Assembly (NCBI GenBank): GCA_002633005.1
Contig: NMRA01000720.1
Span: 62,001-126,000 of the forward strand
DNA: 64,000 bases
Direction: 5' to 3'
Source: Phoronis australis
Taxonomy: Eukaryota > Animalia > Phoronida
The notes beneath the pieces are model-generated. The model ran no database searches, was not told the origin of the DNA, and saw only the letters and a list, made by a program, of their open reading frames with translations. This document shows positions 35,801 to 47,800 of the stretch, one piece after another. Every line of letters starts with the position of its first letter. Within the stretch, counting starts at the first letter, position 1. The position numbers and the translations under genes are program-made.

Positions 35801-38800
35801 TCACCTTCCTCGACATACCCATACTTGTCGTCAGTTGGCACTGTGTTGACGATTTCTTGGACTTCCACTGGAATAAAGAAGAAAATGAAAGCATGAGATT
35901 CTGTTGTTACCATAAACCTGTTGCATCAACTGCTTAGAATTTCTCAATGCTAGTGAAAGGAATTTTAATTTTTTGAAAATTTTCAACAAGACAAATATTT
36001 TACTTGATTGCGCTATTCATTCATTTTTGTCATTTGCGGTTTGTCTTATTTACTGATTCTGTGAAGTTGCCATTTTCGGCATTTTGTTCATTCCCTTAAT
36101 ATACACATTGTGCCAATATAGTAAAGCTATTCATATATTTACTAAGTACAAGACTGTGATAACTCAATACAGGGGTTCTGCATGTGATTGCCTACCTTTC
36201 TTTAGCACTGCTTTAATGTCTTTGCGTGACGTGTATTCCTCCGCCACTTTGCCGTTATTATCCCGGACGTGAATGTCTGCACCGCCATCTACCAGCAATT
36301 CGACCACGTTCAACTGGTCAGAGCGACATGCGTGGTGGAGTGCTGTCTTTCCAGATCTGTCCTTTAAATTCAAGTCAGCACCCTCTGTTATCAGCACTTC
36401 TATTGCACGGATCTTTCCAAATATGGCTGCGCAGTGAAGTGCTGCCCAACCTTCAAAACAGTAGTTTGTATCATTTTGAGGCTGATCAAAATAGCTGAAT
36501 AAATTTGTGACATGATGATTTATGTAAACAGTCATTTAAATGTGTAGCACTTTTTCGACTTCATTTTAAACTAAAATGCAAGAAAAATCTTATGTTTCCT
36601 CCTCCCCCGACTTGCTTCCCTTGACTCCTCCCTCCCCAAAATTCTCCCTTTCCCTGAATCCTCCCTCTCCCTGACCTGCCACCCCTGCTTCTCTCCTCCC
36701 TCTCCCTGACTCCTCCCTCTCCCTGATCCCTCCCTCTGCTTCACTCCTCCCTCTCCCTCAGTTTTCCCTCTACCTGACTTATCCCCTCCCTGACTCCTCC
36801 TTCTCCCTGGCTCCCCCCTGTCCCTGATTCCCCCCTCTCTCACTCCTCTCTCTCCCTGATTCCTCCCTCTCCCTGACTCCTCTCCCTTCCTGACTGCTAC
36901 CACTCTGATTCTACCTCTTAGCCCCTCCCATGCTCTCAAGTTCTCTCATCTGTCAAGTCTTAATATTTTGGTACAATATCTTTCACTGCAGTAGCATTGA
37001 ACATTGATTTTCACACCTTCATTAAGAAACCTGTGATATGGCTTTCATGTCTAAGAAAATGTGCTATGTCTCAAAATTCAATCAATCAATGAATTTGCAA
37101 TTAATATCTTAACCTACACCATACAAAACATGTGTACCTTAGAAACACCAAAAGAGTACACTTCTCTATCACCGTCAGTAATGTTGTAGTTTAGGTTAAC
37201 AATTTTATGTAAGAGCTCAGGAATTTTCTCCTGTAATCATGTCTTCTCTTCAAGTCTTCAAACTCCGGTCTTTCTCCCAATTTCCTCCACCCCTTCTGTT
37301 CTCTCCACCCCTCCCTGCCCTTCCCAGCTCCCCTCCCCCTCTCTATCAAGCTATAATGAACTGTCTCACCTTTCTTGTTCTGATGGTTGAGACTGGCGCC
37401 ATTGTCTATCAGCAAGATGGCCATGATCTCCACGTGATCCTTACAAAGGGCATGGTACAGTGGAGTATTACCCTCGTCGTTAGCCAGGTCCACGCTGGCT
37501 CCATTCTCCACCAGTATCACCGCCATCTTGATCCACCCCTCCTTTGCTGCTTGTGCTAACGCTGTGTTGCCATAGGCGTCGCTTAAGTCAGGGTCGGCTT
37601 TTTCAGACAGCAGGAGCATAGCAACAGCGCTGTGACCATTCTGTGACGCCCGTTGTAGTGCAGTCCTGGAAGTTTAGATAATCTAATGTATGTTTTTGAA
37701 TTGTCATAGGCTAAAGTAGACATCATTCAAATTGGCTCGGTGATGATTTAATTTAAGATACATTTTCGTTATTAGATCCTAATGTAATGACAAGAATGCA
37801 AATGTCTGTATCTGCTCGTACTTAGGCTCACGACTCTGTAACTGGGAAACTCCAAAAGCCAGTGGTTAACCAGTTAGACTTCTAAAATATTCACATGTTG
37901 GTGTGTGAACTGTGCGTGACCTCATCTTTATTCATCTATTTATTTATTATAATTGTGATATTTAAAATGAGGGTGGCCTCTTCAGTGATAGCACTGCTTT
38001 CCAAGAGGGCCCTCAACAAGAAAAACAGTAATATAATACTATGAAGTAATAAAACAACAATGAAATATACGTAACAAAGATACAATTAAAACAGGTTGAG
38101 AATTAAGACAATAACTAAATGACAAATAATGGTAAAAATTTAACTAAGACAGATGAAATAAATTAAGAGATGATTCTAGACAGTGAGTATTTACGACAAT
38201 GAAAAAATGACATGATTAAGACAGGCAGGGTATAAAAGGTTAAGTAAATTACAGCCACTTTTAATATTTACTTTAAAGGTAGTAATTGAATTGGACCGTT
38301 TAATTTCTTTCATGCAGGTGGACCTGAAGTTTGAAATCTTCAGGGTTAATATTACACTTAGGAAGCAGGTGAAAGCGTCTGATGCTTTGAACTACGTGTT
38401 TTATGTAAATTGATTTTCAAACATTAATGAAACTCATTCTGTATTCTCAGCTGTTGAAAAAGAAGGGCAAAATTGCATCTTAAAATAGATATTCATTACT
38501 TATGCCCTCGCTTTAATTTATATCAGAACATAGCTGTGGCATTATGTCCCAAGAAGTTAACACATTCGCTGCTCTCCTCGGGTTGAGATTAATATTCTTT
38601 GTGTAAAATTGATCTTGTAGCAACGTAAATTTAAACAGAAAGGTCATTTTTACTTCATTTTCATTTGAGCTAGACTTGGTTGTCCTACTTCCCCTTCCAA
38701 TTATCCCTGCTTTAGATAGGCAGTGCTTGACTTACCTCCCCTCTTTATCCTTCCAGTTTACGTCTGCTTTGTGATCAATGAGTTGTTTGACTATATGTAG

Positions 38801-41800
38801 GCATCCTTTGTCTGCTGCAATACACAGGGGTGTGTTGCAGACTTCGCCACCGTTGTCAATACAGGGGTCAGCGCCGTGCTGTAATAACACCTGAGGAGCA
38901 AATGATATATCTTGTAAAGTACATCCATGTTAGAGGTTCTCAAATCTGTGGGTAAAATATCGTTGCTTAGTCCCACCATGTATATGTACAGTGTAATGTT
39001 GGCAAAATGCCAGGTATTTACTAGCTACATTTCCATGTCCCATTGTGTCTTCCTCAGATGTAACTGACACAGTTCTCAAAACTCACTGAAAATGATTTAA
39101 GTTTGAATACAAACTATTTTGGTCACATAAACTTTTTTTGAGTTAATTNGCTGCAATACACAGGGGTGTGTTGCAGACTTCGCCACCATTGTCAATACAA
39201 GGGTCAGCGCCGTGCTGTAATAACACCTGAGGAGCAAATGATATATCTTGTAAAGTACATCCATGTTAGAGGTTCTCAAATCTGTGGGTAAAATATCGTT
39301 GCTTAGTCCCACCATGTATATGTACAGTGTAATGTTGGCAAAATGCCAGGTATTTACTAGCTACATTTCTGAACTTGAATTATGTGGTTTGGTGGAGAGA
39401 CATTTACGTGTTTTTGGAGGTGCAGGCGACATTATGGGCCATTTTGTCAAGAGATTTTATGTCCCATTGTGTCTTCCTCAGATGTAACTGACACAGTTCT
39501 CAAAACTCACTGAAAATGATTTAAGTTTGAATACAAACTATTTTGGTCACATAAACTTTTTTTGAGTTAATTTTGTTTTAATTATTTAATTGTAAATGAT
39601 ACTGTTGTTGTAGTCAGACACGTTTTTCTAGTTTTGTGAGTCTGATGACTTGGCGTATAACTTATTAATAAGATAAAATGGTCTCCTGAGTTATAATATG
39701 GACTTGCTGCAACACTGCACAAGTCTAGAATAGTTAACTCGTCAACTCATTTCACATTTTGAGTGATTAAGGTTTTGTAGGTGACGAAAACTAGCCAATG
39801 ACGTAGGTTTTAGGACAGTAATTTTTGTACTCGGTGGTCTCATTCTTCACATTGAGTACAGTCTTGTCCTACCTTAGTTGCAGCAATTTGTTAAATAATA
39901 AATACCAGCTGAGACTATTTTCTATTTTTGAAATGCTTCATATCACTATACAGTGTGTTTGAACCGTCCCTGCATATCACTATACAGTGTGTTTGAACCG
40001 TCCCTGCATATCACTGTACAGTGTTTGAACCGTCCCTGCATATCACTATACAGTGTGTTTGAACTGTCCCTGCATATCACTGTACAGTGTGTTTGAACCA
40101 TCCCTGCATATCACTGTACAGTGTGTTTGAACCGTCCCTACTCCTGTTTCACGTGAATGTACCAAGTGTCAAAAATCTATCAAATTGAATCGATCTGTCA
40201 TTCCTTCATCAATCAATTCTTCATCAACAAAGAACATTACTAACAATTGTGTCAGTAGACGCCTTGTCAAGTAAAAATGAACAAATGGTAATTATGATTT
40301 ATTGAAATCAAATATCAGCTAACTCAGCTAGTTGTGATATCTCTCTGAGCCTGTCCTCTGCTGAATATATCAGTTGTTACGCAGCAATAACTTGATGATC
40401 AAGACTGGGGTACTAAAACGGTCTCACAAAATGTTGACATTATATTGTTAGAAGTATTTGTTTGTCAAACAGTCACTCTCATGTTGTACAACTTGTATGG
40501 TGTGTGTTTATTGAAAAGCCCTGTAGCTGGTATGATTCTCAGCTCCACCTTAGCTGACGTGATTCCCAGCTCCATTAATCAAAAATTACACATTAACCAT
40601 TTCTGATACCTTGCTATTCCTCAGATTTAGCAGCATTTACTCAAATCTGTTAACATCGCAAAAGGCATTTTCATACTGATTTAACTCCTGTCGCATCAAA
40701 TTGTTAACTGCGAAATTAAGCCGTTCATACTGGCTTCATTAGTTATCGGACTTCGCAACAATTGGTAGGTGACAATGTTGTCATCAAATTAATTGTAAGG
40801 TAGCACTGATTGATAAGATTTTTTAATGTGCTAATTTGGGAACATGTACATTGTGCTAATTGGCATAAAACTTATATTTAATTCAATTGGAGATATTAGA
40901 GCACTACTCTGTATTAGTTGACAGTAACAGTGACACCTAGAGATAACTTGGATGGGACTGAAGTTGACCGTTCATACTGCACCACAGCGTCGATGCTCCG
41001 TTGTTTAATTCATCTGTTTACTGCGAAGATAAATAGGTAACTGGTGCTGTTAACTTTAATCCAGGACTGAAGTTCAGCGTTCATATTGAGTGCAACTCAC
41101 CAAAACATCGACGTGTCGACGTTTGCATGTCTTGTCATGGATACAAATTTTGATATTTTTTAAGGAATTAAACAAAAGAAATAAAAAATCATCACTTTCA
41201 TTAATGTGGCTGTTACCCCAGTCCGTCAGATTTGTTTCATTTCCTAAAATTCACGTCATTCTCTTCTCAATGTAAAAATGTCTGCACTGTTCTCGTTTTG
41301 CGCGACGCAAAAGTCACATTTACACAAGAAGCAGCTGACCTCGTGCAAGTTTGTGTGTAAACACGACTGACACGGAGCAGGTGATACTGCGGCGGCCAGT
41401 TTTTGACAGACAGAGTGCTTACCTACTAGGCAGAGCGAGATACACCCAATCAGTTGTTCCAGCTTCAACTACATGGCTAAACACAACTCGGGGCAGGGCG
41501 TAAATGGGTGATCACTGAATGCACTTACGCAGTAGCTTGTATTCGGGTGATCAGCTGCCATTTCATGTGGTTTAGACATTCACTAATCTTTATAAGAGCA
41601 CACGCAGACAATTCTCGTGTAAGTGACTCATAGTGATCCAGTTGTTCCACTGCAGTACAACATTCAGAATGTGGGTGTACTCGTGTCCACCATTTTGGTA
41701 GTTGGATGCACTGGAGGCCAACCTCTGGAAAGTGGGCCCTGTGTTCAAGATGCACAGAGGCCAGCCTCTGGAAAGTGGGCCCTGTGTTCAAGATGCACGG

Positions 41801-44800
41801 AGGCCGGCCTCTGGAAAGTGGGCCCTGTGATCAGGATGCACTGGAGGCCAACCTCTGGAGAGTGGGCCCTGTATTCAGGTAAACTCTGAGTACGTGTTGG
41901 GCAATGCAATGGAACTCTCTCATGAAGTGTCGAAGTACACAGTTATTGTACTAGTGCATAGTTCTTGTTCTAGTTCATAGTTCTTTTACTTTATATTTTG
42001 TCTTTTGAGATTTAACGCGTCATTATTTCTGTAAATTGGTGTCTATATTTGCACTTAGATCATTACTACAGCACAGTTTAGGATTTCCTAATTAGAAATA
42101 AGCTACTACTGAGTTATACATTGATCCTGTGTTGTTTTTCTCTTCGTCACATGTTTGCTAAAGTCCAAATCATGACGCATGCTGGAGCCAACATGTCTCT
42201 CTCTGTCTTACCTTGACAACATCTTCATTTTTGCGACTGGCCGCAATGTGTAACGGTGTAGAACCTATGTCGAACCAATAAAGACCTTGTCTGACAGTGT
42301 GGGTCAGTCTGAGGTTGATATCCACTCCCGTCTTCAACACCCGTCCCAGTATAGCCAGATCACCATACAAGCACGATGCATGAAGTGGGGTCGTGCCTTT
42401 ACGCACGGCGGCACTACAAAGTGCCTTGGCCTCTTTTTCATGTTTTTTCAAGATGGCCGCCACCTCACTGCCATCTTTTTCTTTTATCGCCTTTATGAGA
42501 TCTTCAACATCTTCAGGGCTGTCTTCATAATCTGACATAGTTCTAGAAGTGAAAGCTTGATATGAGGGAGGTCATAATGTGACATAGTTCTAGAAGTGAA
42601 AGCTTGATATGAGGGTGGTCATAATGTGACATAGTTCTAGAAGTGAAAGCTTGATATGAGGGTGGTCATAATGTGACATAGTTCTAGAAGTGAAAGCTTG
42701 ATATGAGGGAGGTCAGGAACCAATGGAAAACTTAATGAAACAATATGTCTTTAGTTTCTGATTTCCAATTTGTAAGCAAAGAAATTTTATCTTGCTCTAC
42801 CTTGCTCTATTTTTAGCTTGCTCACCACTCTAGGCATCTTTATGGTGATGAGTTGATGTACGTACTTCAACTTTGTTGGATTTTTTTAAAAATTTGTAGC
42901 CAAATAAGTTTCACAAATCTGTTTTTCAAACTTGTTTTATATTTTTGGTTGAACTTACTCAATTGTGACATCATCAATTTTTATTAAATATTCACTGCTG
43001 ACTTCTCAAAGTAAATTTAGTTCCATAAAAACTAGTAATAGGGAGCTTGTGAGTATTGAGATGAAAACCAAGACCACACACATAGAATACTCTATCAATG
43101 ATGTCATACCAAGATATCTTTATTGTTTTTTGTCATGGTAACCGTTTCATTGGAATGCTTACAATTCAGTTTACTTGGGTCATGGTAAAATATTTGACTT
43201 TCAAATTCTTAACTTTGGTTTGATGACTTTGATAAGTGATTTAATGTCATTATTTGGAAGAGGTAATAGTTCTTTACACATGTTTGAGAAGTCCCCTGGT
43301 GAGGCATGGCATCAGTGCAATACAACACCGAAGTCTTTCATTTAATTCATTTTGCCTATCCTAAATCTTTTACCAATTTATTTTTATTAGAAAACTACAG
43401 AATGAGAATTAAAAATTGTCAATTAAGAGCTGTCGAATGTAAACCAATTTTTGGAAGTTGTTTGATGTTAGTTCTGGTATTAGTAACTAAGAACATTTGG
43501 CTATTTTTGTAAACAAACAGAACTTACCTGTTTTGCTCAATTCACCTGCTGTAGCAAATACCCTCAACTCTTCTAGTCTTTACACTGAACTTCACCTGTG
43601 TGCAAGGTAAGTGATTATTGATTTGGGTTCATGTTAGACTGTTTATCGGAAACAAGCGCGTCATTTAGTGAAGGTTTACATTGTATAGATAATCAATTAC
43701 TTAACTGGAGTGGCGAGAAAGTGCATCGATACTATTACTAGCGTGGAACATGTGCTAAAAAACTTAATGTTTATTTTAGTCAGTTGTGAAGGTTTAGAGT
43801 GAATGCTGGTACATGGCAGTGCCATTAAATTTCTCTTTATTAGCAATTAGCAAAATATGTCAGATATTTACATCCAGAATTAGGACTAAGTGATCGGAAT
43901 CTCAGGTGAGGGCTGCTATATTTAGATGAAGTTAATTGATAATGAGATATGTGGTTAGGATTTACTTGTTTGAGTGTCAATTTAATTCTGCGTAATTGAA
44001 GAAAACGGGATTTAAACAGAAAATGTGAGCTGTTTGCTTAAATCAGCTTGAAGACACTACATTCAAGTTAGTTTAAAAGGTGATTTGAATCACAGAAGCT
44101 AGTTTGAGGGAAGAAGGTTCCCTTGACAAAAACTCGATTCTTTTATTTTTATTTTTATTTTTAGTGCAATTATTTACCCAGAATTTCAAGTATTAGTGCA
44201 TATGGCTGCTTTTGGATATCCCCAGCTACACAGTCTTACAGCGAAAAGCAATACATCATACAGAACTAATAAGTATTTTGAACATAGCTCATACTGGTTG
44301 GGTGTGCAAAACTGTGAGATTGAGCAACGGGAAAGGGGAAGGACTTTTATGCACTCACTCACACGCACGCACTCTTTGTTCAACATAAATTATTGTTGCA
44401 TTTAAATAGCCGTATCTTCATGAAAAATGTCAATTTTTAAACAAGACAAAGAAGTGGTTTAAATGAAGTAACATTTGTTATTAATTCACAATTGTAATTT
44501 TGTTTTTGAAACTGATGTGACCATCTTTTTAATGAATAATTACAGTTACTATCCTGTCTAATATTGAAGGACTGATTTAATAATAATTTCTTATAGGGAA
44601 ACAAAAATAAATATTTAAATGAGGGACATATCAGATTTTAGGCATGTTTACACTGTACCTTGATGTGAGTTATCCTTGTTCTACTCCTTGTGCATAGCGT
44701 TATGTAGACATCATCACCATCCTCCCTTCAGAGTAAATCCTGTAGTTGTTTGTGTCTAGCAATGTATATCATGTGGACTGAGTGTGAATGAATTATTTTC

Positions 44801-47800
44801 TGTTGAATGTATGTCTAATGTAGAAACTAATAAGATTGAAATGACGTAATTAACACTGTAGAATGCAAATCACAAGCTTAATGAATTATTAGAGAAATTG
44901 TCAGTGCATGAAAAATCCTGTTGTACTTAGTCTGTATTGTAAAATGTAACCATCTGGAACAATGTAATGGATAAACTGATGAAGAATTGTAGTCATGACG
45001 ACCGGGTGTCTTGAGTGCAGCATAGTTCATGGTGAAAGTATATTTAGTGAATATCCAGGGTGACTGGATATTGGCTCACTAATGTCATGGGAACAAATAT
45101 GTAGGAACTATTTAGACGGGTGAGAAACAACATGACCGCTGGTCCTCTAAACAGGACCTACAGGGATCAAATGGGACCGCTACACCAGAAAATGTGAATG
45201 ACGCACCTAAAATCATGACCGCCACACTACAAAACAGGACCGCCGGGGACTGAACATGGCCGCTGCGGATTGAAACCGCTGTGGCAAACAGGCTAAGATT
45301 TATTATCGGTAGGCCTGCACAGATCATACAATGGAGCTATATACGTATGCATATTCAGGTCTTGTGCCGATTAATCCACCGAAATCTTTTGTGCGCTACA
45401 GGACACTTAGCTTTGTAATCCGCGGCACTTTTGAGTTTTACTTCACCAGGCTCTGCTGCGGTATGTGACTTATAAACAGTTGAAAGGTCAACAATTATTA
45501 AATCTAACCACAAACCAACCTTGTTGTTCGCTTTTGAGCTAAATTATAATAATTTTATCTACTGCGTAAGATTTAGAACAAAATGAAATTCATTTTCTTC
45601 AATTTGACGTTTTAGTCACAGTAAAAAAGAAACGGGCATTCTGGATCTGGGGTGAAGCATCATCATAACTAACCTTTGTGCGGCAAAGCTGTATACTGAA
45701 TATACAGCCGATGTGGGTAAAAAAATGAACATGTAAAATCTTCATCCGGCAAATTAGTGTTATTAATATTATTATTATTATTAACGACACTCTTCCATGA
45801 GTAAGTTACATTATTTATCAGTGCTCGAGAAAAATTGTTGTTCCGTCGTTATTCTGCTGCTAAAATTGAGATGCCTTCATTGGCCGTTTTTTTCCCCCGA
45901 TTCATCAGTCAGCTCTTGTACGAGGTTGCGTTCATGGCACAACAAATTATCGAAGCTGGTTTCATCTCGTTATAAGTTTTTAGTATTTTAATGCCAGCAA
46001 ACCGAATTTCAGACCAAATCGTGCTGCTGCGAAGTTGTCACCATTTTCCGAAAGATGTTGCAAAATTTTAGGAAATGCTGCGTGCACATGTCACGAGCGC
46101 AACAGACCTTTTGTTACAAAAGTTAATTAGATTGCTTTTCACTCAAGTGGCTGCAACCTGCAAGGTGAGTGTTGGTTGACTCCTAGATTTTGCATGTGCC
46201 TGCTCTTATTGCGAGCTCTACATGTTGATGTAAGTTTCACGACAAGGTGACGAGCAGAGCTACCCGGGCTGTGGGAAATTTCGGGATGAAACGGAGCTCA
46301 ATAACGCTGTGCTGCCAAGCTTTATTTTGGTGATAGTCATGTTAGTAAGCCATTCTAAACTCCTGGTGAGAAAGGCCTGTAAGGGTGTAGGTTATGTATT
46401 ATTCATTTTTCTTCCAACTATTGCTGAATCTCCACCATTCCTCCTTTTGTCATTGTGAAGTGAGTGTGTAAACTGAGCAGCTATTGACCCTATGACCTAT
46501 TGGCCCCAATGGCCTATTGTTTTTTATCAATTTATTGATAGTTGGGTAGTTTGTCTGGGTGCATTCTGTGACTTGATGTGTTGATTATGAACACTCTGTC
46601 CAACTGTCTCAGTCCAATGGCTTGATGTGTTTATTGTTTATGAACAATCTGGCTGCCTCAGTCCAGTGACTTGATATATTGTTTGTGAACATCCTATCTG
46701 ACTGTCTCAGTTCAATGACTTGATGTATTGTTTATGGACACTGTCTGACTGTCTCAGTTCAATGACTTGATGTATTGTTTATGGACACTCTGTCGGACTG
46801 TCTCAGTTCAATGACTTGATGCATTGTTTATGGACACTCTGTCTGACTGTCTCAGTTCAATGACTTGATGCATTGCTTATGGACACTCTGTCTGACTGTC
46901 TCAGTTCAATGACTTTCGATGTATTGTTTATGAACACTATCTGACTGTCTCAGTCCAATGACTTGATGTATTGTTTATGGACACTGTCTGACTGTCTCAG
47001 TCCAATGACTTGATGTATTGTTTATGAACACTGTCTGACTGTCTCAGTCCAACATGTCAGTCTTTCTTACAGTATTTTAATTCATTGAAGTTGTTCGAAT
47101 TAGCGTATTAATTTGTAATTAATCAAAAGTATTAATTTCTAGAGAGTTTGTTTACACCTGTTATAGCATGATTACCAACTAAGATTTTCCAATATTTTTG
47201 TTTACCATAACATGCCTCATGGATTATTTATGGGCTGATTTCTTTCCAAAGCAGTTATGTTTCCACACTTATCAAGCCTATTATATCGTAATGCGTAGAG
47301 CACTGTTGAAGATCAAAAGCCTTGATGGTCTACTGCTGTGGGAACTACTGTTGAGATTTATCTTGACATTGAAAAGTGATGAGCTGGATGTAGTGTGAAA
47401 GGGGCATTCATTCTATTTTAAGAATGCATGAGTCATAGGTCTGTGTATTGTGCCAGCAAGACTGTATAGTTCAAGTACATCCATTTTACAGATTAGGTTC
47501 GAGTTTTAAAACATTGTGTTCATAGTCGGAATAGAACCTCTCATAAAGCTGTCATTCTTGGGTTATTAAAAGCCTCCTTTTTTGTTTTTTTCGATAAGCA
47601 TGTGATCGTCAGTTTAAAGGTACAGCATATCGACAGTCTTTCTTTAAATGTTTACCTATTAATATACTGTTTAGGAGATAAACTCTTATTAACATGATAA
47701 TTCGGAAATATGTAAAAACTCATTTTCCTTCGAAATTTTACTTTGAGATGATGTCAAAAGTGTTATCGACATGACTGACGTAAAAAACTGACTTTTGGTT

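Noticed and set aside
36571-36939. 122-aa Gly/Arg/Glu-rich ORF
   Set aside because: It is a translation of the purine-rich low-complexity tract; the ankyrin exons splice in phase without it.
15690-41470. Dispersed repeats shared between the two nested-gene regions (about 15700 vs 41330; about 20870 vs 40720)
   Set aside because: They look like ordinary old interspersed repeats and are not evidence of a common origin for the nested genes.
45112-45290. AACAGGACCGC-like subrepeats (a similar decayed array lies at about 4330-4430)
   Set aside because: Probably the interior of old transposons; unit and ends cannot be defined by eye.
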